Below are positions 8,680-18,766 of a stretch of 43,597 bases of DNA, piece after piece (positions within the stretch are counted from its first letter, which is position 1; each line of letters starts with the position of its first letter). Under the pieces are notes generated by a model. It had not been told where the DNA came from. It saw only the letters and a program-made list of their open reading frames with translations, and ran no database searches. The stretch comes from a virus. Its lineage: Duplodnaviria; Caudoviricetes. Both the position numbers and the translations under genes were made by a program. The stretch lies in IMG/VR virus record IMGVR_UViG_3300037423_001234, positions 1 to 43,597 of that record. One strand, written 5' to 3'.

Positions 8680-9633
8680 ATGGCAGCAGAACTTTTAAAA
8701 CGGTTGTTCCTCTCGGAGATTCAGCCGAAGCTTTATCCGGGCAACTCATGGCTGGGACGCTCTATAAACGATGACGCTTTTGTAAATAACAATACGGTAG
8801 AATTGCCACATGCTGGCACTGACCCGAATGTCGTTATCGATCGCGTTCAATTACCCGCCACCATTAACAAGAGAACGGACGCAGCAACCAACTACCAGTT
8901 GGAAGAGCTTACCACCGACCCGACACACATTGGAGATAGCGAGGCCTTGATTGTAGCATACAATAAGCGTGCTTCGATCCTAGACCAACATGCACAAGTG
9001 CAACGCGTAAAGATGGCGACACGCGCCCTCTACAAGTGGGGCGCGGGCGCAAACTCCACAAGGATTGTTGCGTCAACCGGGTCAAACCGTGCCGCCGGTG
9101 GTTCTACTAACGGCCAATTCTCTCCCGGAGGAACCGCTGTGGCTCAAACTGGAAACAGGAAAGCGTTCACAGAAAACGATATCATCGGAATGCAGAAGTT
9201 TTTCTATGCTGATGATATCATCACGGATATCGAGCCCGTTAATGGCGTCGCCATAATCACGCCATCTCAGTACTCCGATCTTATCAAGATCGACAACTTC
9301 AAGCGGGCCGATGCGTACGGTGTCAGCAACATTCCAAGCGGTGTTGTTAAGCGCGCTTACGGGTTTGATTTCTATGTGAGATCCAAAGTATTAGCGCTGA
9401 ACTCTTCAGACGTTCTCCTTGGGGAAGGTGTGACAGGCGCAACAGACTCACAGGACTGTGCAATATTCTACTCGCCGCAATACGTTCGCAGGGCCATTGG
9501 TGCTATCAAAACCTACGTAAATCAAGGCGAGGCAACCATGTACGGTGACATCCTCTCTACCATGGTACGCTTCGGTGGCGCTCCTGCGAGAAACGATAAC
9601 AAAGGCGTTTACCTCCTTTTCGAAGACAACTAA
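8680..9633 (+). CDS. Major capsid protein
   Basis: 317 aa directly after the protease/scaffold; HK97-like features (TVELP.AG..P, G.V...YGFDFY). Confidence 0.85.
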   Translation: MAAELLKRLFLSEIQPKLYPGNSWLGRSINDDAFVNNNTVELPHAGTDPNVVIDRVQLPATINKRTDAATNYQLEELTTDPTHIGDSEALIVAYNKRASILDQHAQVQRVKMATRALYKWGAGANSTRIVASTGSNRAAGGSTNGQFSPGGTAVAQTGNRKAFTENDIIGMQKFFYADDIITDIEPVNGVAIITPSQYSDLIKIDNFKRADAYGVSNIPSGVVKRAYGFDFYVRSKVLALNSSDVLLGEGVTGATDSQDCAIFYSPQYVRRAIGAIKTYVNQGEATMYGDILSTMVRFGGAPARNDNKGVYLLFEDN

Positions 9634-9660
9634 TCGACAACTGAATAAAGATTTTCAATA

Positions 9661-10005
9661 ATGGCAGATCAAAAAATATCATATCCGCTTGGCGCAGCTG
9701 ATGTTCAATCACCAGCATTTGCCGCCACGCTTGCCGTAACGCTTACGAACCAGTTAACAATACTTCTTCCTGGTCAAATGACCGGAGCGATGACTGTTAA
9801 CCTCACCCTTGACCAGGGCATCCGCGCAGGGGCTCGTCTTATCGTGACCGCTGCATCTGACGGTACAGCACGGAACATTACCTGGGGGACTGGATTTTCA
9901 ATGGCTACCGCTCTTGCTGGTGTAATTAGCAAAACGAAGTCGATAGAGTTTGTTTATGACGGAACGTCATTCAAACCAACTTCAGGCGGAGTACAGATTG
10001 ATTAA
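9661..10005 (+). CDS. Putative head decoration/structural protein
   Basis: Small Ala/Thr/Gly-rich beta protein after the MCP. Confidence 0.5.
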   Translation: MADQKISYPLGAADVQSPAFAATLAVTLTNQLTILLPGQMTGAMTVNLTLDQGIRAGARLIVTAASDGTARNITWGTGFSMATALAGVISKTKSIEFVYDGTSFKPTSGGVQID

Positions 10006-10011
10006 AAGAAT

Positions 10012-10079
10012 TGTGATGATCCTCATCAGGTCATCTACATGCGGGTAAACTGATCCGGGTTTCGGCCCGGTCAGCCCCG
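10012..10079 (+). other. Two tandem RNA hairpins (second with UUCG loop) between head and tail genes
   Basis: GATGATCCT-CATC-AGGTCATC and CTGATCCGGGT-TTCG-GCCCGGTCAG; no U-tract. Confidence 0.6.
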
Positions 10080-10101
10080 GATGATAAACTAAAATTATCA
10101 A

Positions 10102-11283
10102 ATGGGACTCAGTAAAGTAACCGTAAATGTTGGGAGCTCAGGTTTAGGCCGGAGACCCATCAATAACGATAAGATCTCCGGAATTCTATTCTACAGCGCA
10201 ACGCTACCTACTGGATTCTCATCCACTGCACGCGTTAAGAAAGTTTTTAGTCTCGCTGAGGCTGAAGCACTCGGGCTTGCAAAGACTGGAACATACGATG
10301 TTCATTGGTATCACGTTTCAGAATACTTCCGGATTCAGCCTGACGGTGAATTGTGGATTGGATTCTTTGCCGTGCCCGGTGGAACATATGATTTCTCAGA
10401 ACTTGCAACCATGGCAGCAACAGCAAGCGGAGAAATACGCCAGCTCGCCATCTATGCCAACGCACTCACTTACGCATCAACCCAAGTCACGGCAATTCAA
10501 ACCGCTATTGACGCGCTGGATGCATCACTGAAACAAATCATCGTCCTGTATGCCGCTGATACTTCCGCTGTCACCGCGGTAACTGGATGGGCATCCATTA
10601 CTGATCTGCGGACATTAACCGCGAAAAAAGTAACAGTGGTGATCGCTGAAAGTGGAAGTGGCCAGGGCGCTGTTTTGTCAGCTGCAAAAGCCTATAGCAT
10701 TACCGCGCTTGGTACAGCCCTCGGGGCTGTGTCTCTCGCTGGTGTAGAGCAATCCATCGGCAACCCGGCAAACTTTAACATATCAGACGGAATCGAACTC
10801 GAAACGCCGGCACTCGGAAACGGGGATTTGATCAGCGCGCTTTCTATGTCTTCCCTTGGAAGCTTAAAAGACAAAGGCTACCTGATTGTACGCAAGTACT
10901 TACCGGATCTTGCTGGAAGTTATTTTGAACGGGCCCCAACAGCTATTGCGGCCACGAATGATTACGCATGGATGGAAACAAACCGCGTAGTTGATAAAGC
11001 TATCAGGCTTGTACGCGCAGCACTTATCCCTCAGCTCAACCAAAACATTTATGTAAAATCTGATGGTACGCTTCGCGATGATTCAGTAGGATACTTCCAG
11101 GATCTCGCACAAACACCATTGACACAAATGGAAGCAGATGGTGAGATCAGCGCAAGCACGGCACTCGTAGATCCAAAGCAGAACGTACTCAGCACCTCTC
11201 AATTAGCGGTAACAATTAAGATTGTTCCGGTAGGCGTAGCGGGTGAGATCATTGTAAATATCGGATTAACCACATCAATTTAA
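10102..11283 (+). CDS. Contractile tail sheath protein (DUF2586-like)
   Basis: DYA..E.NRV.DKA.R, Q.VL....L......VP.GVA..I.V.IG; lies before the tube gene. Confidence 0.85.
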   Translation: MGLSKVTVNVGSSGLGRRPINNDKISGILFYSATLPTGFSSTARVKKVFSLAEAEALGLAKTGTYDVHWYHVSEYFRIQPDGELWIGFFAVPGGTYDFSELATMAATASGEIRQLAIYANALTYASTQVTAIQTAIDALDASLKQIIVLYAADTSAVTAVTGWASITDLRTLTAKKVTVVIAESGSGQGAVLSAAKAYSITALGTALGAVSLAGVEQSIGNPANFNISDGIELETPALGNGDLISALSMSSLGSLKDKGYLIVRKYLPDLAGSYFERAPTAIAATNDYAWMETNRVVDKAIRLVRAALIPQLNQNIYVKSDGTLRDDSVGYFQDLAQTPLTQMEADGEISASTALVDPKQNVLSTSQLAVTIKIVPVGVAGEIIVNIGLTTSI

Positions 11284-11287
11284 AATT

Positions 11288-11719
11288 ATGTCAATCGTTG
11301 GAGTACCGCTGATAAATGGAGTTGAGTACACGCATGCAGATATTGTTTTGAATATCCTCGGAGTGCCAGTTGTTGGCGTCACAGCCATCGACTACAGCGA
11401 TCCGCAGGAGATAAACCTTAACCATGGCACCGGAACATTACCAATCTCAAGAGGATTCGGCCCGGTAAATCCTCAAGCTTCGATAACCTTGACTATGAAA
11501 GAAGTCCAACGGTTGTCGGCGGTGGCCCCTGGTGGGAGGATTCAAAACATTCCCGATTTCGATATTGGAGTGAATTACATCACAGAGGCCGGAGATTTCA
11601 CACGCCACAAGCTTGTACGATGCCGGTTCAAAGGACGTAACCCGAATTCACAAGTGAACAACTCACAGATAGAAGAAAAAATAGAGCTATCTGTAGCTGA
11701 TATAAGGTACACAGTTTAA
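11288..11719 (+). CDS. Tail tube protein
   Basis: LING.EY..ADI, P.SRG.G....ASITL; 143 aa after the sheath. Confidence 0.85.
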   Translation: MSIVGVPLINGVEYTHADIVLNILGVPVVGVTAIDYSDPQEINLNHGTGTLPISRGFGPVNPQASITLTMKEVQRLSAVAPGGRIQNIPDFDIGVNYITEAGDFTRHKLVRCRFKGRNPNSQVNNSQIEEKIELSVADIRYTV

Positions 11720-11740
11720 AATTTTTAACCCGCAAGTAAG

Positions 11741-12043
11741 ATGACTGATGAAATTAAAGTTCCTACAGGGACAGTATTCACATTGATAGTACCTCTCGAT
11801 AGAGAAGGGAAGGAAAAAGCAACCTTCCATATGAAAGATATGACGGAGGAAGTTTATATGGGAGCGAAAACCCTAATCGACAAGGGAAAAGATTTCGATG
11901 CGGTTAGAATGATTATAAGAGCACTTTGGCTCGGAGGTGATCAACCGGACAGATTGAAAGACAATTTCGTAGCTGTTCAATCTGCGTCTAGAAAGATCAT
12001 CGAATTCCTGGAACCGTTAGAGGGTGAGTTAAAAAAAAATTAA
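11741..12043 (+). CDS. Tail assembly chaperone (G)
   Basis: Lies between tube and TMP; WL.GD motif; ends ELKKN on an A9 run. Confidence 0.8.
   Translation: MTDEIKVPTGTVFTLIVPLDREGKEKATFHMKDMTEEVYMGAKTLIDKGKDFDAVRMIIRALWLGGDQPDRLKDNFVAVQSASRKIIEFLEPLEGELKKN
12029..12043 (+). other. Programmed -1 ribosomal frameshift site (TTAAAAAAAAAT)
   Basis: A9 run at 12031-12039; the -1 frame is open (KKKLRDNELPCEY...) to 12258. Confidence 0.8.
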
Positions 12044-12258
12044 GAGACAATGAATTGCCCTGTGAGTATTCGGATGGAAGTCCCATACTCCGGTCGGCTG
12101 ATTCTCCTTACGGATTAGCGCAGAGGGTAGCGTTAATCCGTTATTATTTTGGGACCAATCCTAAAACGATAGATGAGATCGCTGAACAGTGGGGGCAACT
12201 CTTTTATGCGATGCAGTTTGATGGTAAGATCAAAATAAAAGAAGTCGTTAAAGGATGA
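12031..12258 (+). CDS. Tail assembly chaperone frameshift extension (GT)
   Basis: -1 frame relative to the chaperone; ALIRYYF...P...W motif; stop overlaps the TMP start. Confidence 0.75.
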   Translation, partial: KKKLRDNELPCEYSDGSPILRSADSPYGLAQRVALIRYYFGTNPKTIDEIAEQWGQLFYAMQFDGKIKIKEVVKG

Positions 12259-13775
12259 GCGAAACAAAAGAATCCGCGCTTTATGAGATCCGGTTGAGGG
12301 ACCGGTTCAGTTCTCCTTTATCCAGCCTTGAGTCAAAGATGAATCACTTTGAGGGAAAGGTAGGCGGATTACAATCTGCTTTCACTGGACTCGGGGGAAC
12401 GATTGCTGGGGCTTTTACCGGTGGACTCGTGGCGGGTGGTATTGAATCCTTTCTCTCCAAGCTGAAGGATATTGCAATTGAGGCTGTCAACGTCACGCGT
12501 GAGTTTACAAACATGCGCGAGGCAATAGAGTTTGCGAGTGGGTCCAGGGCTGGTGAAAATATTGAATTCCTTGACAATCTGATCAACCGTCTCGGGCTGG
12601 ATGTAACAGCAACCTATAAAGGTTTCAAAACTTTCCAGGGCGCTTTAATGGGCACCACGCTAGAGGGTGAGAAGGGATTGAAAATATTTGAGGCTGTCTC
12701 CAAGGCTTCCACGGTGATGAAATTATCCGGAGAACAAACTGAGGGCGCTTTTCTTGCACTTGGTCAGATGATCTCCAAGGGCACCGTCGCCGCTGAAGAA
12801 TTGCGCGGCCAATTGGGCGAGCGATTACCTGGGGCTTTCCAGATATTCGCCAGATCTCTTGGTGTAAGCACAAAGAAACTAGGGGATATGCTTAAACAGG
12901 GTGATGTTCTCGCGGAAGATGCTTTACCAAAGTTTGCGGCTGAACTAGAACGTGTATTTGGTCCCGGCGTATCAAAAGCGCAGTTGTCATTCAACGCCAA
13001 CATGAACAGGTTTTCAAACTTCGTTCTGCAGGCGAAACTCGCGCTCGGAAACGGGCTTATTCCTGTTATCAATGAATTTGCGTCGATAATCCCACAGCTT
13101 GACTTCAGCCCATTACTTTACACGTTTCAACAATTAAAGGATGAGATCGCGCAGGTACTTTCAGTATGGAAGGAATTATTTAGCGCGTTCGGTGTCTCAT
13201 TAACAACATTCGAGGCGGTTACTATCGCTCTTCGATATCTGGCGTATGCTTTCCGGGTTGCGTTTTTCCCTATCCGAATAGGGATTCAGCTGTACACCCA
13301 ATTCGTTAACCTACTGAAAAACTCCATTGACATTTTAAAAGGAGTCGGTGAGGTTCTTTCCGGATTATGGACCTACGACTTTGTAAAGGTTGAGCAGGGC
13401 ATTAACCGTATGGGCGATGGCTTCAAGAAGCTCGCCAAAGATGCCTCCGAGGCTGCGTCAACATTCATGCATGATGAAAAAGAAGGATGGAAAAAAATCT
13501 TTGCCCCTATCAATGACCCAACGAAAGAAGGCAACGATGCTTTTGCGAAAAATGGTGCTTCGGGTAAGGGCGGGTTGTCTGCCGCCGACGCAGGTAAGAC
13601 CGCTGGCGTTGAGAAAATCCAATCTGGTACAAGAAACATCACGGTCAATATCACCAAGCTTGTGGAGAAAATAACTTTTGAAAGCTGGAACGGAAGAAGT
13701 GAAGCGCAATTAAAAGACATGATTACAAAAGCGCTTGTTACCGCTGTGAACGACGTAAACATAGTAGCCAACTGA
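12255..13775 (+). CDS. Tape measure protein
   Basis: ALGQMISKG.V.AEELRGQLGERLPGA tape-measure domain; hydrophobic helices. Confidence 0.92.
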   Translation: MSETKESALYEIRLRDRFSSPLSSLESKMNHFEGKVGGLQSAFTGLGGTIAGAFTGGLVAGGIESFLSKLKDIAIEAVNVTREFTNMREAIEFASGSRAGENIEFLDNLINRLGLDVTATYKGFKTFQGALMGTTLEGEKGLKIFEAVSKASTVMKLSGEQTEGAFLALGQMISKGTVAAEELRGQLGERLPGAFQIFARSLGVSTKKLGDMLKQGDVLAEDALPKFAAELERVFGPGVSKAQLSFNANMNRFSNFVLQAKLALGNGLIPVINEFASIIPQLDFSPLLYTFQQLKDEIAQVLSVWKELFSAFGVSLTTFEAVTIALRYLAYAFRVAFFPIRIGIQLYTQFVNLLKNSIDILKGVGEVLSGLWTYDFVKVEQGINRMGDGFKKLAKDASEAASTFMHDEKEGWKKIFAPINDPTKEGNDAFAKNGASGKGGLSAADAGKTAGVEKIQSGTRNITVNITKLVEKITFESWNGRSEAQLKDMITKALVTAVNDVNIVAN

Positions 13776-13776
13776 T

Positions 13777-14370
13777 ATGAGTGATTTCATTATACCTCCT
13801 TCGCCTGCAGTGGCCATCGTTGACAGAACAGTTCAACGGTATGTTTTCACACCAGATCCGGAGGACGAAACTTTATTCAGAAGCTATTTAGGTACGCCAG
13901 TTTGGTCACCACTTGAGTTTATGAAGACTTCGGGGACCAGCCTTGATAATTCACGTGGAGTCGGGGAAGCTAATGGTAATAGCCAGGTATTACTCAGAAT
14001 TGATACTGTTTTACACCAGGTAAACCAGCCTAAGAATATTGTTAAAACTCCAATCGCTGGCCGTGACGGCACAGTCAAAGAATACATTTCAGATGGTGAC
14101 TATATGCTCGATATCAGGGGGGAAATAATCAGTCAATTCCCGTTGGTGTATCCAAAGGATGATGTGAAGATATTCATTGAACTGATGAGGTTGAAAAAGC
14201 AAATCCCTATCGCATCTGATTTTCTTCAGTTGTTCGGCATCGATGCAATAGTTGTGGAGGACTGGGGCATCGCTGAGAAACTTGGAAGTAGAAATGAAGT
14301 CCCTTTTTACATTACCGCAGTAAGTGACATGGCAGAAGAGATAATACTCAACCCGATAAAAAGTTTATGA
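13777..14370 (+). CDS. Tail tube initiator/baseplate protein (DUF6046-like)
   Basis: KNIVKT.IAGRDGTVKEYIS.GDY...I.G signature. Confidence 0.8.
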   Translation: MSDFIIPPSPAVAIVDRTVQRYVFTPDPEDETLFRSYLGTPVWSPLEFMKTSGTSLDNSRGVGEANGNSQVLLRIDTVLHQVNQPKNIVKTPIAGRDGTVKEYISDGDYMLDIRGEIISQFPLVYPKDDVKIFIELMRLKKQIPIASDFLQLFGIDAIVVEDWGIAEKLGSRNEVPFYITAVSDMAEEIILNPIKSL

Positions 14371-15356
14371 TCCGGTTAACGTCACGTATGGACATAGGGA
14401 ACTATTTATTCGATTTCAATAATGAAGTTGAGATAATTTCCTCATGGGAAAACCTTACTGATACCGCCACCATAAAAGTACCTCGCAAAATCAGAGTCAA
14501 GAAAGATGGACTATTCACAAATGCTATAACCGCTGGCAATTCTGCTCTATGGAAACGTAATGACCCGGTAAAAATCTACGCCGGGTATGATGGCGACAAT
14601 CTGCTTGTTTTTGAGGGTGTGCTGACAAAGATAAGCCCAAAACTTCCTCTCGAGTTTTCCTGCGAAGACTACATGAGGTTGTTAAAGCAGATCACCGTTA
14701 AAAAATTCAGCGTACAATCAACGAGCTTAAAAAACCTGATCGGCTCCATTGTACCGAAAACAATTGTTTTCGAAACTGAAGATATAACGCTCGGAAAATT
14801 CAAGATCGAGAATGCTACCATAGCCGAAGTTTTGGATTATCTGAAACGCAAGTTTGGACTTACTTCCACGTTCCAGAACGGAAAATTATACGTTGGGTTC
14901 GCCTACCGGTTTTCGTCAATCAACGACATAGCAACCAGCGACCTTTTAGAATTTGAATTCCAAAGAAATATTATCGATGACTCAAATTTGGATTACATCC
15001 GTGATGATGACGTTAGGCTTAAAGTAGTCGCGATAAATCTTTTCAAAAACAACACAAGAAAACAAATCGAAGTCGGAGATCCTGATGGCGAATTGCGCAC
15101 ACTTCATTTTTACGAACTCAGCGACAAGGATCTTAAAACGCTAGCTAACGAGGCATTGCAGAAATTAAAATACGAGGGATTCAGGGGATCATTCACAACA
15201 TTCCTTCAGCCACAGGTAAAGCACGGACAGGCGGTGAAACTGATCGACCCAATGATTCCGGACCGCAACGGCGTGTATCTGGTTAAGCAGGTAATCACAC
15301 GATTTGGAATGAATGGAGGCAGGCAGGAAATAACAGTGGACAGAAAAATAGCATGA
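14367..15356 (+). CDS. Baseplate hub (Mu gpP/P2 gpD-like)
   Basis: SSW..LTDTA.I..P, GYD....FEG, CED.M..LK, G..GSFTTF..P, G.Y.VK.V...FG..G.RQ. Confidence 0.85.
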   Translation: MIRLTSRMDIGNYLFDFNNEVEIISSWENLTDTATIKVPRKIRVKKDGLFTNAITAGNSALWKRNDPVKIYAGYDGDNLLVFEGVLTKISPKLPLEFSCEDYMRLLKQITVKKFSVQSTSLKNLIGSIVPKTIVFETEDITLGKFKIENATIAEVLDYLKRKFGLTSTFQNGKLYVGFAYRFSSINDIATSDLLEFEFQRNIIDDSNLDYIRDDDVRLKVVAINLFKNNTRKQIEVGDPDGELRTLHFYELSDKDLKTLANEALQKLKYEGFRGSFTTFLQPQVKHGQAVKLIDPMIPDRNGVYLVKQVITRFGMNGGRQEITVDRKIA

Positions 15357-15838
15357 CGACCAGGGAAGCGATACAGCAAATAATGAATGAGCAGATTGGT
15401 GACTCACGCGCCAGAATCGCAAAAGTAATTGAGGTTACTGATACTGTTTGTTCCGTTGAGACAGCCGACACAGAGACGGCAATCTATGATGTGCGCCTTC
15501 AGATTGAAGCTTCCAATGGGCTTTACTTTAAACCTGCCGTGGGATCTTACGTAATGATCGCCCCCTTCGAGGATAACGAATTTTGTGTTGTAATGTATAG
15601 TGCCATCGATGAGATAAAGTTTCTTGATGGATCATTTGGAGGACTTGTTAAAGTTATTGACCTGGTTTCAAAAATGAATGCGATTGAAAACAAGGTTAAC
15701 AGCTTGATCACATACATCAACGCACATACTCACGCCAGCAACGGAACGCCACCGACCCCGCTTTTCAGTGGCGGAAGTTTAACTAATACTGTACGTGCAG
15801 ACATAGAAAGCGATAAGATAACTCATGGCACAGTATAG
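15353..15838 (+). CDS. Baseplate central spike (gpV-like)
   Basis: OB-fold N-terminus (P.VGS.V) and C-terminal NAHTH (HxH metal-binding apex). Confidence 0.8.
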   Translation: MTTREAIQQIMNEQIGDSRARIAKVIEVTDTVCSVETADTETAIYDVRLQIEASNGLYFKPAVGSYVMIAPFEDNEFCVVMYSAIDEIKFLDGSFGGLVKVIDLVSKMNAIENKVNSLITYINAHTHASNGTPPTPLFSGGSLTNTVRADIESDKITHGTV

Positions 15839-16343
15839 AGTTTTAAGCGGGGAAACACTATGGGATGTAGCTGCCAAGCTTTACAGCGGGGATACAGCGC
15901 TCGGCATCCAGGATTTGCTCTCATTAAACCCGACAATTGACCTTGATTTGGATGATTTGTACGGGTCTATTTTGACGTATTCCGCTGGAATTTCGCGCAA
16001 AAAAGAGGTTAAACCAGCCACAGTTGAACGATCACCACAAAACATATACTCTACCCGTGAACTTCAAAACGTGTGGGACTTATCAATTCAGTTGTATGGT
16101 GATGTTTCTAAAATTGGGAAATTATTAGAATTATTCCCAAATTTGGATAACCTTATTCCTGTCGGTTCACAGATTGATTTAGAGGAACAAGATGATCCGA
16201 TGGCGATTTACTTTTCAGATCGAAAAATCATAGTCGCCACCGATAATCCAATTCCTCCAATACCAACAGAGGATCATTTCAGAATCATCGACACGGCTGA
16301 GGTAAGAAAAACAAATACCGGAGATCTCAGAATTTATGTGTAA
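15825..16343 (+). CDS. LysM-like baseplate protein (gpX-like, two repeats)
   Basis: GETLWDVA.KLY and Q.VWDLSIQLYG repeats. Confidence 0.75.
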   Translation: MAQYRVLSGETLWDVAAKLYSGDTALGIQDLLSLNPTIDLDLDDLYGSILTYSAGISRKKEVKPATVERSPQNIYSTRELQNVWDLSIQLYGDVSKIGKLLELFPNLDNLIPVGSQIDLEEQDDPMAIYFSDRKIIVATDNPIPPIPTEDHFRIIDTAEVRKTNTGDLRIYV

Positions 16344-17437
16344 TGGCAAATAAAAATATCAGTGATCTACCCGCATCTACCGCATTGTCGGATGCTGATT
16401 TATTTGAAATTCTCCAAGGAGGGATCAATAACCAAATACCATGGTCTCAAATAAAAGCCTACGTAGACAATCAAATCGCATCAAACCTTGCTGGTATCAA
16501 TTGGAAACAATCTGTAAAAGCGGCAACAACGGCAAATATTACTCTTTCAGGAACTCAAACCATTGACGGTATTTCATGTGGAGTTGGTGATAGAGTTTTG
16601 GTAAAAAATCAAAGCACAGCGAGCCAAAATGGAATATATGTTGTTGCGTCCGGATCATGGACAAGATCCACAGACTGCGATTCAAGCGCAGAATTCCAAA
16701 ACGCTGTGGTCAGTGTTGATCAAGGAACTGCTAATGCAGACACTTCATGGAGGCAAACAGCTGATAGTGTAACCGTAGGAAGTACGAGTATTGCCTGGAC
16801 ATCGTTCGGGGCCGCTGGGGTTTCCAACAGCGCATCAAACAATGAACTGGCAAAAAGCAACGGAACGAATCTAGTCGGGAGTGGTTTATTCTCTCCATCC
16901 AGCGGAACTTTTGCCATTGGCTCAAGCACACTAATAGCAGGATCATTATTCCAAATTGTAGGATCTGCACCTGTAGCCTCGATATTCACTTATGCTAATA
17001 CAGCACAAGGAGCAATACTAACCTTAGGTTTAAATAGAGCGACTACTGTAGGTAATCACACGACTGTACAGAATGGCGATATTCTTGGAGATATAGAATT
17101 TTATGGTGACGATGGTACAAATTTCTATAACGGCGCCCGGATACTTGCGGTAGTGGCCTCTGCTCCAAGCACGAATAACCTTCCTACTAAATTAGATTTT
17201 TATACTACCCTTACGTCGTCACCTGTATTACGGATGACCATTGATCAAAAGGGAAATATTTTCGGAACCGCAGGAACAACATCAATGACTGATGGATTTT
17301 TTAATATCCCATCAGGAGCCGGCGTCCCATCTGGAACACCCACAACGTACAGCGGAAGGGTGCCTATGTATTACGATTCAACCAATAATAAATTTTACGT
17401 CTATAACGGAGCCTGGAAATCAGTGACGCTTACATGA
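16343..17437 (+). CDS. Tail fibre-like protein
   Basis: ISDLP N-terminus; WKQSVKAATTANITLSG.QTIDG...GDRVLVKNQ...NGIY domain; Ser/Thr/Gly-rich. Confidence 0.75.
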   Translation: MANKNISDLPASTALSDADLFEILQGGINNQIPWSQIKAYVDNQIASNLAGINWKQSVKAATTANITLSGTQTIDGISCGVGDRVLVKNQSTASQNGIYVVASGSWTRSTDCDSSAEFQNAVVSVDQGTANADTSWRQTADSVTVGSTSIAWTSFGAAGVSNSASNNELAKSNGTNLVGSGLFSPSSGTFAIGSSTLIAGSLFQIVGSAPVASIFTYANTAQGAILTLGLNRATTVGNHTTVQNGDILGDIEFYGDDGTNFYNGARILAVVASAPSTNNLPTKLDFYTTLTSSPVLRMTIDQKGNIFGTAGTTSMTDGFFNIPSGAGVPSGTPTTYSGRVPMYYDSTNNKFYVYNGAWKSVTLT

Positions 17438-17643
17438 AAATTATACCACTTAGTGAATCACAACAAAAATTGATTGCCGGAATATTGACCGACAAGAGAT
17501 TTGCCGAGCAACGCGAGAAAGATTTCGCGATATGCTTACTAGGCAGCAATGGGGTGGAGCAGTATAAGGTTAAAGAAATGCAAGTAAGTCACGACGGCAA
17601 AGCAGTAATGGTTGAATTCAAAGAAGAGAATATGGAATCATAA
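17434..17643 (+). CDS. Hypothetical protein (possible fibre chaperone)
   Basis: ATGA-coupled to the fibre gene. Confidence 0.55.
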   Translation: MKIIPLSESQQKLIAGILTDKRFAEQREKDFAICLLGSNGVEQYKVKEMQVSHDGKAVMVEFKEENMES

Positions 17644-18476
17644 TGAGCAATAAATTAACATTTGATCCTGGCGTAAAGCTATCAATGGAATTCAGAAGAG
17701 CCAGAAACGGTTCTAAGAAATTTATTTTTCTTAACTCTGCTGGTGCGCCGTATCCGTTGACTGACACGTTTGAAATTAACGTTAAAGAGAATCCATGGGA
17801 CACAGCTAATGTTTTTCAATTAACACTCGGATCAGGTATAGGTATTTCAATAAATGAAATGACTTTATCAATCACCGATGTTCAATCCGACATCCCAGAA
17901 AAATTTTATTACCTCGAGATATATAACGCGACAACGAAAAAAACATGGGTCAATGCTCCATTTGAAATATTCTCCGGAGTACGCGAGCAGTTGGATTCTG
18001 ACACTGAGTTAACGGTTAATCTAGATCCTGATGTTGTACACGTTACTGTAAATGATGCCGGTGTTTTTACTTCTGACTTGAAGGTTGCGTACTTCGATTT
18101 ATCTGCAGCAGATATCCTCGCGTTGAACACCACACCAATATTGGTTTTGCCTGCCCCAGGAGCCAATAAGTTTTACTCATTTGTTTCAAGCGTTTTCAAT
18201 TACAGCTTTGGTGGCACGCCATACACTCGAAATTCTTCAGCGGGGATTGTTTTCAGTTATGACCAAGTGACATCAGCGCCGATGCTTGCGATAGGAAATA
18301 TCCTCATCCTATCAAATGACTCAGTGAGAGAATCCCTGTCAACTGGTATTGGGGATTCAAACCTAAGTCTTTACGCCAACAAAGCAGTATATCTAAAACT
18401 TAACGGTGGATCATTCACGTTCGGCAATGGCACTTTAAGAATCAAAGCAATTTATCACATAGTTGATTTAAACTAA
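17643..18476 (+). CDS. Putative virion structural/fibre-associated protein
   Basis: Coupled start; beta-rich; lies in the fibre cluster. Confidence 0.55.
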   Translation: MSNKLTFDPGVKLSMEFRRARNGSKKFIFLNSAGAPYPLTDTFEINVKENPWDTANVFQLTLGSGIGISINEMTLSITDVQSDIPEKFYYLEIYNATTKKTWVNAPFEIFSGVREQLDSDTELTVNLDPDVVHVTVNDAGVFTSDLKVAYFDLSAADILALNTTPILVLPAPGANKFYSFVSSVFNYSFGGTPYTRNSSAGIVFSYDQVTSAPMLAIGNILILSNDSVRESLSTGIGDSNLSLYANKAVYLKLNGGSFTFGNGTLRIKAIYHIVDLN

Positions 18477-18484
18477 AAAATTTT

Positions 18485-18766
18485 ATGGCTAACGCAGTAC
18501 AAGGAGAAGAAATCACACTGGGCACCACAAGCGCAGTAAACATCAATATCACAGATATTCCAGACGAAGGTAGAAGGCTGGCATTTTTCATTAAAGTCAA
18601 GACAGCAACAACCGGAGTTAAAGTCGGTATCGATTCAATAGCAGCGAACGCCCATGCGTGGACAGCCACAGAAACAGTATCACCATACTACGGGTACAAT
18701 GGACATCTGGTAGTTCAAGGCGCGGCAACAGACGTAATCATTGTTACAGCAACCGTTGATAAATAA
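18485..18766 (+). CDS. Hypothetical small structural protein
   Basis: A-rich start region; coupled to the next gene. Confidence 0.55.
   Translation: MANAVQGEEITLGTTSAVNINITDIPDEGRRLAFFIKVKTATTGVKVGIDSIAANAHAWTATETVSPYYGYNGHLVVQGAATDVIIVTATVDK

Noticed and set aside
10010-10085. Hammerhead or other self-cleaving ribozyme
   Set aside because: The CUGAUGA/GAAA core is not present in the required arrangement.
12344-13771. Several antisense ORFs within the tape measure gene (and similar ones across the structural genes)
   Set aside because: They lie fully inside well-supported genes on the other strand and show no motifs or start context.
10102-16343. Tailocin/contractile injection system
   Set aside because: Capsid, portal, terminase and replication genes are all present, so this is a full phage.
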